From the NCBI GenBank assembly GCA_965153455.1, contig OZ234493.1, forward strand, positions 17,970,213 through 18,034,212: 64,000 nucleotides of DNA, in the 5' to 3' direction. The DNA comes from Sphagnum compactum (Eukaryota). Of this stretch, positions 47,751 through 60,237 are shown in pieces. The number at the start of each line of letters is the position of its first letter. Position 1 is the first letter of the stretch. Made by a program: the position numbers and the translations under genes. The notes beneath the pieces were generated by a model that saw only the letters and a program-made list of their open reading frames with translations, was not told where the DNA came from and did no database searches.

Positions 47751-50150
47751 CTACCTTCATCTATTGGTCAATTAAATGCACTCCAAACGCTTGATTTATC
47801 ATAGTGTTCAAACTTGAAATTTTTATTTTAATCTATTGGCCAATTGAATACACCCAAAAAAACTTAGTTTGAGTGAATGTTCCAACTTGAAATAATTATT
47901 TTCATTTATTGGCCAATTGAATGCACTCCAAGAGCTTGGTTTGAGTGGGTGTTCCAATTTGAAAAAATTATGTTCATTCATTGGCCAATTAAATGCACTC
48001 CAAAAGTTTTCATGTGTTCCAACTTGAAATAACTACATTTATCTATTAGCCATTTGAATGCACTTCCAAAGTTTTGTTTGAATGGGTGTTCGAAGTTAAA
48101 AGAACTACTTTGATCTATTGGCCAATTGAATGCACTCCCAAAGTTTTTTTATACAAATGTTCCAATTTGAAAGAACTACCTTCATCTATTGGCCAATTAA
48201 ATGCACTCCAAAAGTCTTTTTTCATATGAGTGGTCTAACTTGAAAGAACTACCTTCATTTATTGTTCAATTGAATGCACTCCAAAAGCTTGATTTATCAC
48301 AATGGTCCACCTTGAAAAAATTACCTTCGTCTATTGGCCAATTGAATGCACTCCAAAGGCTTTCTTTCAATGAGTGTTCCCAATTGGAAAAACTACTTTC
48401 ATCTATTATTCAATTGAATGCACTCTAAGAGCTTTATTTATCACAATGTTTCAATTTGAAAGAACTACCTTCATCTATTGGTTAATTGAATGCACTCCAA
48501 AGGTTTATTCTGAATGGGTGTTCCAACTTGAAAGAACTACCTTCATTTATTGTTCAATTGAATGCACTCCAAAACCTTAATTTATCACAATGTTCGAAGT
48601 TCAAATAACTACCTTCATCTATTAACAATTGAAATCACTCCAAGAGCTTTATTTATACGGGTGTTCCAACTTGAAAAAACTACTTTCATCTATTGGCCAA
48701 TTGAATGCACTCCAAAACCTTGATTTATCATAGTGTTCCAAATTTGAAAAACTACTTTCATCTATTGGTCAATTGAATGCACTCCAAAAGCTTGGTTTGA
48801 ATGGGTGTTCCAACTTAAAAGAACTACCTTCATCTATTGGCCTATTGAATGCACTCCAAAAGTTTGGTTTGAGTGCGTGTTCCAACTTGAAACAACTACC
48901 TTTATTTATTGACCAATTGAATGCACTCTAAAACTTTTAGTTGACATGGTGTTGCAAGTTGAAATAACTACCTTCGTCTATTGGTCAATTGAATGCACTC
49001 CAAAGCTTGGTTTGAGTGGGTGTTTGAACTTGAAAAAACTACCTTCATCTATTGGCCTATTGAATGCACTCCAAAAGCTTAGTTTCAGTGGGTGTCCAAC
49101 TTGAAAAAACTACCTTTATTTATTGACCGATTGAATGCACTCTAAAACTTTTAGTTGACATGGTGTTACAAGTTGAAATAACTACCTTCATCTATTGGTC
49201 AATTGAATGCACTCCAAGAACTTAATCTGCATGTGTGTTCTAACTTGAAATAATTACCTTCATCTATTGGCCAATTGAATACACTCCAATTTTTCATTTA
49301 TAAGATTTCTTCAACTTGAAAGCATTTTGAAAAAAATACATTCATCTATGGGCGAATTGAATGCACTCAAAGTGTTTCATTTTTTAAGGCAATCCAACTT
49401 GAAATAACTACTTTCATATATTGGCCAATTGAGTACATTCCAAAAGCTTCATTTATTAAGGTGTTCCAACTTGAAATAACTACTTTCATCTATTGGCCAA
49501 TTGAGTACATTCCAAAAGCTTCATTTGTCAAGGCAATCCAACTTGAAATAACCATTTTCATATATTGGCCAATTGAATACATTCCAAAAGCTTCATTTAT
49601 TAAGGTGTTCCAACTTGAAATAACTACTTTCATCTATTGGCCAATTAAGTACATTCCAAAAGCTTCATTTGTCAAGGCAATCCAACTTGAAATAACTACT
49701 TTCATCTATTGGCCAATGGAGTACATTCCAAAAGCTTCATTTGTGAAGGTGGTCCAACTTCAAATAACTACTTTCATCTACTAGCCAATTGAGTACAATC
49801 CAAAAGCATCATTTGTCAAGGCATTCCAACTTGAAATAACTACTTTCATCTATTGACCAATGGAGTACATTCCAAAAGCTTCACTTGTCAAGGTGTCCAA
49901 CTTGAAAAAATACTTTCATCTATTGGTCATTGAGTGCACTTGAAAATCTTGATTTGTGTGAATGCTACAACTTGCAGGAATTACTTAAATGTACCTTGAC
50001 CAATTAAATGCACTCCAAAAGTTTTAATTGTGAGAATGGATGAGCTTGCAAGAATTACTTATGTTTATTGTCCAATTTAATGCATTCAAGGAACTTAATT
50101 TGTTAAGGTGTTTCAAGTTGACAGAATCGCCTTCATCTATTGCCAACTGA
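47751..50150 (+). pseudogene. Decayed continuation of the LRR array, about 33 further units
   Basis: The 72-bp CTACCTTCATCTATTGGCCAATTGAATGCACTCCAA unit continues past the GAA>TAA stop with many stops and frameshifts. Confidence 0.93.
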
Positions 50151-51085
50151 ATCACTAATAGAAAACCCCTCTTTTTCAACCAACCCGCCTTCCATTTGAC
50201 ATCATCTTTGATTACATTTCAATTGTATTTTTTGAATATTTAAAAAAATTATTCACAATTGCCAAGTAAATTGAATTGCCCATTCTTTTGGTGGACAAAT
50301 GAAAGCAACTCCCAATCATTTCAGAATTCATGGAATATTTTTAGCACCCACATGGTCTACAATTGAATTCTAGTTGAAACATTGACTTGGAAAATTACAT
50401 AGTCTATAGTCAAGCTTCCCGGGGTGGTGTGTCAACTAACAAAGTCCCATGTTCAACTACTCTGGTCAATTATAAAACATAGTGATGGATGATAGATTAT
50501 AAATGGATGGATGACATTGAGATTGGGACTAATGTCTTTGTTGTAAGTGCAAGGCGGGATCTCTCTTGACTACAACTATGAGTTGAAAGGCAAAAAAAAA
50601 ATGTTGAGCACTCTTATTTACTATGTCAACACCTCAATTGCAAATGCTATCTAATAGATATGCCAACCACCATTGTGCCATGTTCTACAAACATTGGTGT
50701 GCGTGGTTCTGGTTTTAAGAAACAAACATTTATTGAAGTTGTCAAAGCCCACAAAGCCACAATGATGAAATTATGTTCCTTATCTTTGAAAGACCCCAAC
50801 AGGTAGATTTTGCAAACTATCAAGTTAGTTGATGATTTGTCACAAACATTCAAATCCTAGGTCCCATTATAGATGGTGGGCAAAAATGATTTAGCTTCCA
50901 AGAAAACATTATTCACATCAGGATGTGACCTTTCACCTAGCTCCCTCTTAAAAGAAATTCGGCATTGAAAAAATAATAATAAAATGAATTTTCTCTATAC
51001 TTTAATGCATAAAAAAATATATATGGACAAGGATAGCTTGATGCCCGAAAAGAGAAAAGACTTTTTTGTCAATATATAACATTGT

Positions 51086-51300
51086 CACTAGTAGAAAAAG
51101 GCTAAAATGTAATCGAATTGGTGACATTGGTGACCGAGAATCACATCACACATTTTTTGCTCACATTTAACGACTATGTTGCAATTATTTATAAGTTTTT
51201 CATTCTTCCAATGGAATGACATTTCACATTATTTTCATCTTAGAACACTTTTGTATGGCCCATTAGCTGCAAAAGTGACCAAAAATGGTAACTAATGCTT
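51086..51300 (+). mobile_element. Possible CACTA transposon terminus
   Basis: CACTAGTAGAAAAA at 51086 followed by short GTGAC-type repeats; no partner end found in the window. Confidence 0.35.
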
Positions 51301-51589
51301 ATTTATATATTAAGTTATGTATGTTACTAAGTTTGTATAGGGTAAGTCATGCATTTTATGTTATGGTAATTAACAATTATGTATAGTAAGCCTTATGTAT
51401 ACATTATGTACTCCATATTCGTAATAGTATATATATATGTATTATTCTTGGGGAATAATTAGGCATGGTTTGAAAAAACTATTATTGTATATTAGCCTCA
51501 TATTAAGGTATATGTAAAGGTGGAAATACATCAATCATCCATAGGTGTAGAAAAAACAAATACAATAATTATCGTAGAATTATTGTAAT

Positions 51590-52420
51590 TAAATTGATTA
51601 CCAAGAAAAGTTATAAATAATTATAGATAATCAAATTATTTAGAACTTAAAATTGATAATTAAAATCCATATTTAGTCTCTTTCCGCTCATCATAATGTA
51701 ATTCGAGTAATCAATGTATTTCTCATCATTACTATAAAATTAATATATCTATTATTTATAATTACTTATTTACAATGAATAAATATTCTTCCAACATAAA
51801 TATTCACCCTAATTATTTATTTTCTTACAATGTTAAAACAATATTTTAAAAATTAGATAATATGTAATTGCATTTAGTAGTAATATTAATAACTTATATT
51901 TTAAATTAACATTTATAATTCCTATGGTAATTTTATTATAATGTGAATAATTAATGCACTTATTTTAATTAAAATAATTCAATTATAGTAAATTATAGTA
52001 TGTAAAACCTATAATATTTTACTAAAAATGAATATTTATGATTACAACATTAATTTTAATGTTTTACAGTGTAATAAAAATTATAAAAATATAGTAAAAT
52101 GATTTTAATCAAATTAATTATTATAAAACCATTTTATTTATATTATTTATATATTTATTTGATGATTATAATATAAATATTTATATAATATTAAAATATT
52201 TATACGTTATAAATTACAATTCATTTAAGATCTAAGTTTTTTACAATAATTATATTGTAATTAGAATAATGAATGTAATTATTGTAAATTATTGTATTTA
52301 TAGCTTAAAATTACTTATTTATAGTTAACAGTTATTAGCATCACAAAATATTGACATTAATTATTCGTATTTTTACAGTAATGAAAATTAATTATTGCAA
52401 TTATAATAATTTAATGAAAG
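51590..52420. other. Extremely AT-rich low-complexity tract
   Basis: Almost only A/T by inspection; no ORF of 60 aa or more. Confidence 0.8.
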
Positions 52421-55400
52421 TTCATGACTATATGTTTGGTGTATAGTTTTTGAATTTCATCGTTATGTGCATACTTTTATTCAAATTGGCAATTTTAATT
52501 TGTAAATGTTTTTGTCACGTTGATGATTTCACCATATGTTTATGACATTTGAATAGAATACAATATGTAAAAAATCAAATGTGATGAAAAAATGAGGCAC
52601 CCTATCTTGTAACTACCCCACATGTCATGTTTGTGGATTGTGATTTAGTTGCAATAATTTATTGACAACCTTTTATAAATATGATATGATCATTCCCAAT
52701 AAAAACACCCAACATGTCATTTTCAAACACATGAAACATACTTTTGAATACATTTTGTTGTGTATGTGTTTATGTTATTTATTTCCATTCATTTGTGTGT
52801 TTTGTTTCAACATCTACGGTCTTCAAGAATCAATTTTCCATTGTTCTTTTTTAGTCCTTAATCCTGATGCACATGAATTTGTCTAGTTCATTGAGTTTTA
52901 ATTTCCTTTTCAATATCATCCTTAATGAATTTCTTACATACACATGGTCAATATCCATTAGTGCACCTTCATAATTTTTGTCACAAGATGTGTCCAACCA
53001 TTAGCTTTTTTAGGAACCAACATGTGGTTTCAAGAATTTAGAATCCTTAATAAGTCTTAGTATAAGACCTTATAATTTTCCGAAATATAGGAAATTTGGA
53101 AGGAAATGAATTAAATCCTTTTGAGTTGAGAATATGAGTCCTTGATTTTGTGGGAACATTTACTACCAAATAGTTTTTAGAAAATTGGATCCCTAGTTTA
53201 GGATCCCCAATTTTTCATTAACACATGCAATCTTGTGTTAGGAATTGGATTCTTGAGTTACAAATCCACTTTTGTTTTATGAAATCCAATCTTGCATATA
53301 TTGAGCTTAATTAAGTCTTATATTTCATTTTTCAATCCTACTTCAAGAGTGTGGATCCTAGACTAACAATATTATGTCCTATATTGAGGAAAATTCATTC
53401 CATTTTTAATCATTCTATTTGTAGGAAAAGTACGAAACATCATTGGAAATACAATAGAAAGTTTTGGCATTAAAGATGTCTCACCATTTGTCTCCAAGGT
53501 TTCACAAAGACTTGACCAACATCTTGCCAAAACAAAGCACAATAATTCATGTTAGAAAAGAGAATGGTAGGGTAATGTTCCATGAACTCTTACCACATTC
53601 ATCAAGAGGTGAAACATTCATTCCAATTGGCATAAACACAAAAAATGATGACTAGCTCTCCAATGTCCCATGTGAGTATGCTTCAACAAACTAGTGATAG
53701 TTCTTGAACGTTTGCACATGGAGCAATGAACACACCCATTTCAACTATTGAATCATGTGATCATTTACCAAGTCAAACCTAGTTTATTGGCCTAAATGCC
53801 CCAACAATGCATATATTGGCTATATTTCATTTAAAATTTAGTGTATGATGCGTATGTGGAATTTTTATAATGAATGGTTTCACCCTAAAAAGTGAAGGTG
53901 CCAATATATAATACATAGGTGATGGTCATTTTTCCTTTTTAGGAATTTTTGTTTGTAAAAATTATCATCCCTCAGAAGATTTAGCCAAATTTGGCTACAA
54001 ACCAAATAGGAAGTACAAATCTTTAATCATTTTCATATATTTTTGACTACACACTAAAAATCAAATATTAGAATGGTGATTTTTATTAAGTTTTTTCTTC
54101 ACTTATGGTCTTTGAAAACCTCCAATATTTATCTATGAAAGAAGGTAGTTTATTTGATTTGTTTGTCACATTGAAATTTCCCAAACCATGGTGCATCTTG
54201 TCATGTTCTTGGTGTCCTTGGAAAGTTTTCAATGAATAAGGGTGTATCAAGTTTGTTTCATAATGTTTCAACTTATAGTGAAGAAGTTATTGAAAACACA
54301 TTTTTCATTGAAAATTCATTTAAATAAAAAAATTAGAATGGAATTTGGGCACACTCTTGGTATTGTTAGAAATTTCAATTCATAGGATTTAATGAAGGCG
54401 TTTGGATTTGTGAAAGTCCAATGGCATTTGCGAAAAATATTGAATGTTGAATAGTTTTATTTCTTTGAAATTCGATGAAATTACAAAAAAATGGTTTTGG
54501 AAGGAAGAAATGGGTAACCAATTCACATTTAGGCCAATGACACAGGCTACACTAGTACATTTGATTTATAATTTTTCATCAATGGTCATTGTGGAAGAAG
54601 CAATGGCAAAACTTGTCACAAAATCTAGGTATGAAAAATGAGACTACCTTAGGAAGGGGAATGGAACCTTGGGACTTAAGAGTGACATATTTCTATGTAT
54701 TAAAGTTTTGTTTTCATTTTACATGTAGAAGGTGTCGATGGCATTGTAATGAATGTAGACAACCTTTATTTTGAGGTGTGTTGTTATTATAGGTGAAGGT
54801 TCATCTAGGCTAGCCATTCTTTTAAGTGTTCCTCTCCTCTCCTTATCCAATATGTTTCTCACAATGGGGGGGGGGGGGGGGACAATTTAATTACTTGATT
54901 TCTTCTTGTTCTCCTTACGATCTGCCCTCTTTGGAATATTTTTAATTTGCCAGGATTTGGGTCTTTCCATCTTGTACCTTTTTGTCCCCCTTTGTTGGGT
55001 TCTTTGTTTTATTTATAATTGATAGGTTTTCATCATTTTTGAACTTTTTCACGCGATGTAGTAGTCGAACTTAGACATGAAACCTATTAAAAATTTCTAT
55101 AGTCTTTTATGTCATGTAATCACACATATGTTAATTTCAAGTTTCAACTTAGAAAAGATGAAACCATTATTACTATTTTCTCAAGTTTTGGAAAGCAAAG
55201 GTATTGTGAATCCAGAGTAGAAACAAAGTTTATCGTGACATTTATCACGTCCTTTGCAGGAAAAGCAAGGTTATCATAAATGCAAAAATATACTCAATTA
55301 TGAAGTGCCATTGGTGTATGGAAAATCATTAGAACGATCATCAATTAAGATGCAACATATAAGATCATCCATTAAAATCTAGCATAATGATCATCAATTT

Positions 55401-58400
55401 GAAATCGCATCAAGGATTGCAACTTAAAAACATAGAAACAAATTCAATTTTGCATTAATAACAATTAGGTATGACATGGAAAAGCCTATTTTTCTGCATT
55501 GTAGCAAAGGGATTTGAGGCCATCGGAAAGGTTAATAGCATTCTATGATTGTGACCTTTGGATGCAAAAAGATCATCACAAGAGAGAATAGATTTGTCGA
55601 CCTTTTGTTGCACCAAATAATCAATGGTTAAGTTTTCTTATTTTCACAAAAAAACTCTTCATCACCATTTTCAACCTTCATCCTTGATGGACCAACTTTC
55701 TAATCCACTTGATATAACATTTACCAACAATCATTTAACTCCAATTTAATGACAAAAATTCAAGTAGCATTGTGGGCAAGTGTGGATTTTTTGGCCCTTG
55801 AAGGCCTCTATGACAACCATTCACTGAATGCACTACCTAATGGCTTCAACTCACGATGAGAATACTTCATTGCAAGTCATGGTTACAATGGTTTCCCGCA
55901 ATAATACTCTATTGATGGTTCTAATAATAAATAATTAATGTTATCTTCTTTTCGGTAAGTTGTTTGATGAAGGTCCCTTGTGAATATCATTAGACATCTT
56001 GACAAGATCCTGTTAGATTTAGTTTCTCCCAAACTTTGAAATCATTGCCATGATTAAGTAACTCAAAATTCAAACGTAGTAGTTCTAATAAATCATCCAC
56101 ACAAGGTCACCACCCACATTAATACACCTAAAAGGTTCTTACACCTAAAAGTAGGCATAATATCCATCTCACTCCTATGCCTCATGATTTATATAAATTT
56201 GGTTCATGATAAATTTTGCTTCATGCTTTATGGTAGGTAAAGCCCATGGGTGGGGGACATTCCCAAAATGGAAGGCTAGACTTGGCTATTGTTTCATCCT
56301 AGACCCCTTATTTAAATAATGCCCCCATCCTAGGGCTTTATTTTACACATGAAACTTGGAATGGGGAAATTCTGAAAAGAACAAATTAAATCTAAAACTT
56401 TATCCAAACTCATGACTTTAAAAACTTTTCAAATTTTAGGAACCTTACAAAAGTGGAAAGCCCCCTTCTTAATCAAATTGGGATTTACCCCAAATGGAAG
56501 GTGTTACCCAAATTTAGGAACATGTGACCTAATAGGTTGAAGATTTAAGCAAGTTATCAAACTTGATAGGTGAATTAATTTGTTATTTAACCTAACCATA
56601 TTTCTATGTGTTATGAGTGTACAAATTTCACTACACAATTAAATACGGGTGGACTAATTTCATAGTTGAACAAAGTGACGTGGTGATGGTTTTTCTTATT
56701 GTCTTCAAATGTGGTAGTTGATAATATCTCTTAAGATAATAAGGTTGGGCGGAAAATATCCTCCCATTGTTGTGCATGAATCTTTTGCAATATTTTTGTA
56801 CCTTGAATCCTAGATAGTTGTTTTATCGTTCACTTAACCTTAACATGCGAAAAAAAACAAATCATCTGGCTCATAGGCCTAATTATGAGCTTGAAAATCT
56901 AATTGTGAAATAAATCTTGTATCTCTTAGGTGACTGAACCCAGAAGAAACAAAGGGACGCCCCTAAATTTTACTTACTAATAGCACTAAAAAAATGGATA
57001 AAGACCACAACTTTTGTAGGGTAGGTCAAAACTCACAAACCACATGAGAATTTAAAGAGGGGAATTCACCCACCCTGAAGAATCCTAACACTTGCCTTCT
57101 TTTTCTAAAGGAAATAAAACAAAACAAAGGCTCGCATTATAGCTTAAGAACTGCACATGAAGAAAAGAATGACGGAAACAAAAATGAAAAAAAACCAGGA
57201 ATTCATCTTGACACCCAATTAGATCAATTGGTGAATTAATCTCACTCACCTGATGCTGGTGATGATGATATGATGACGAGGTATCAAGGATCAAATTCCA
57301 TATAGATAGATAAAAGATAGATACTGAAAATCAATGAATACAAGGAAGAAGGAATTCATGAATGCTCAAAAAACCTCTAGAGTTTACATGAAACAAATTG
57401 AAATTTCAAAATAAGTACAATTGGGTGCAAGTCCAATAGATTGTAACACAATTATGGGTGCACCTGCACTTAGATTATGTAGAGTTCAAGGTCTTGAATA
57501 TTTTCCTTATTAGTTTGTTGCCTGCAATTAGTGCCAAAATCTCATTAAGGTGGTCGGTCCCCCATAACTTCCAAGAAAGTAACAAGAGACAAAAAGGCCC
57601 ATGTGTTTTGGGTGGATGCAAGTTGTTTTGGAGCTCTCCACGTCTACCATATTCAAGTCCTTTTTTTTCCTTTTGTTTTTTTTTGGGTTAAATTTAGCCA
57701 AATTTATTTTCAAAATGGCTAGAAATACGTGTTTTTTTTCCCTCCTAGTAAAAAGATTTTGACAAATTTTTTGAAACATCTCTAGAATTCTCTATTGGGT
57801 TTTAGCATGTAGCCAAAAATGTAAAGGAGTCTTGAAATTTCTTTTACTTTCATACCTAATTTATATTTAAATTTGGCTAAATCTTCTTGTGGATGAACAT
57901 CATTTTGGCTACATCACAAAATTGGGAAAAACAAAAACCCTACTTGATGTTCCAACTAGTTCATTTGGTTTCACATTTTGAAGGATGTTGTTCACCCCAT
58001 GTTAGCAAATCCACCCTTACTACCCCCTATTTGAGCATGGATTAGTGTACACTAATCACATTCAACATGATGCACACTTATGTCATGTTAGTCTGATCTC
58101 CTTGCTTCACTCTCATTCAAGAATGTGTGTGTGTTAATAGTGTGATTCATATTAATTAGTTCATGGGTGCCCTTACATTGTTTGTAAAAAATTTCTTTTG
58201 GGAAATAGTCATGATGATTAGATCCACATCGATTTTTTTGGAACATTGGGTATTCCCCAATATAAGCACCTCTTTTGACCCCATATTGTAGAATAGAAAA
58301 AAATGTGTTAGCTTACTTCCCACCTTTTTAGTTTATATACATGGGAGTTGAAGTTTTGGCAAACCATATGGGATAACATTGAGGTGCTATATGAAACATC

Positions 58401-59222
58401 TAAGGAGAACAACATGGGAACTTGGGGAACCTTTTAAGAACATGATGGGAACACATTGGGAACAAGGAAAAAAACAAAAAATCCCTCCCTAAAATCAATG
58501 TCTTGTTGTAATTATGCGTTCGTTACATCACCTTTTTCTTGCAACTTTTTATTAAGAGCAAAATTTTAAAATTTTAACATAGCACTATCAACTAGATCAC
58601 ATCTTTTGTGTTTTAAGAAAACTCATTTACAATCCATGAGAATTCAAGTTCAAAAACACATAAAACACATGCCTAGTTTTGTTGTTTGTTTTGAAATTTG
58701 AAAACAAAAAAGTGAGAGTCTAAAATCACGTCATGGGATAACCTTGCCCCCACGACCACACCCTAACCCCCCCAAACTAGAAAAATCAAGACCTCCTTCA
58801 CACTAAATTGGATTCAAACCACTAATAATAAACTCCATGAAACTAATGTCTTATAAGCAATACTTGACAATGTTAATAATAATCAACATTTGAACCCTTG
58901 TTAATAACCAATTGATTTTTCAATAATTGTTAAACATTGGTCAACATTAGTTTGGAGTAGTGTTGGTACTAGGTTGTTAGTATATATAATTTAATATTGG
59001 TCTTCGTATCAAATAATCATTTAAACTTGTGTAACCTAAGGCAATACCAATTTCATCCTAGTTAACATTTTTTTTTTCATTTTTTTGGTATCAAAATTAG
59101 GTGAAATTTAGCAAAGAATTTAACAAAACTAGTTGAATTTACATTAAAATAAGAAATCTAATTTCTTTGTTGAAAAATGACAAAAGTTTGCTTCAGATAA
59201 AACATTGATCTTAATTTAAATT

Positions 59223-60093
59223 TGATGCACTCTTGAGTTTATAAAATGGTATCTAGGTAAAAAAACATGCTTTTCAATTTTGTAATAAAATTCAAACCTA
59301 AGGTGCATTTCTTAGCTCCCTAGAGAAAAAAGAAAGATGAGAGTTTTAGGATGGGACTCGGACAAGTTTACAAATGTTATTTCAAGGTGAAGCTAATTTG
59401 CACAAATTGAAAGAAGGCAATTAATGCAAATTAGAATCAAAATGGTGCATGGACGAAATCACAAGAAACAAACACTCACATGATTCAACACAACCCAAAC
59501 TTTAGAAAACATCTCCATTATCTTCCTTAAACTATATTCTATAGATGATGGTGAGGATTAGATTGAAGTGCTATAAATTGCAAGGATTCCAAAACAGGAG
59601 TCTTAAACTTTTTTTGATTATTAAATCACGAGTCTTCTTATTTTGTGGGATCATAATTCTTACATATGAATTTCAATTTAGGAATTTTCAAAGGCAAAGT
59701 TGTAACCAGATAAAATACCTTTCCAATGTCATATTACACGTTCCATTTGGAGGTCATTTGAACCCATCTATTGGTCGTTTAAATGGCTTACTAGTTTGAA
59801 TAAGAATGGTCATATCCTGTGCTTTAGATCTCAAAATTGGAAATGTGAGCTATTTTTGGATATCTAGTTTTCAAAACCTTTCCAAAGAGTGCATAATTCA
59901 AGGATGACTTTTGATCCTTCAAACTTTGTTTCAAATATTCAAAACACCATGGGATTTCAATTTTAAAATGGGAATGTTGGGATGAATTCATTCTTCCACA
60001 TGTGAATGTGTCTAAATCTTAAAATATTTTTTCAACCGGATTTCCTTCTCATACTTCAAACTTAATCATGAACCCAAGGCTAAGGTCAAAGCA
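59223..60093. mobile_element. Old degenerate relative of the solo-LTR-like repeat at 19146-19982
   Basis: Shared colinear motifs TGATGCAC.., GGATGGGACT, TTGCACAAA, TGGTGCATGGACGAA and CCCAAGGCTAAGGT..CA. Confidence 0.6.
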
Positions 60094-60237
60094 CAATGCA
60101 TGCATGTTAGTTGGGACATGAAATGAAATTAGCCTTGTACCAATACCTATTTAGTAAGGACATGAGGTAACATCAATTTCATACCATGGTTATCAATCTC
60201 AACATTACAAATATACCTATCTCATTTTAACCAAAAC

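Noticed and set aside
45430-50150. Regular repeat with variable inserts resembling a CRISPR array
   Set aside because: The period is 72 bp, the units translate in frame as LRRs, there are no cas genes and the context is eukaryotic.
55600-56110. - strand fragment with IIAGNH (ParB-like)
   Set aside because: Too short and stop-ridden to support an assignment without a profile search.
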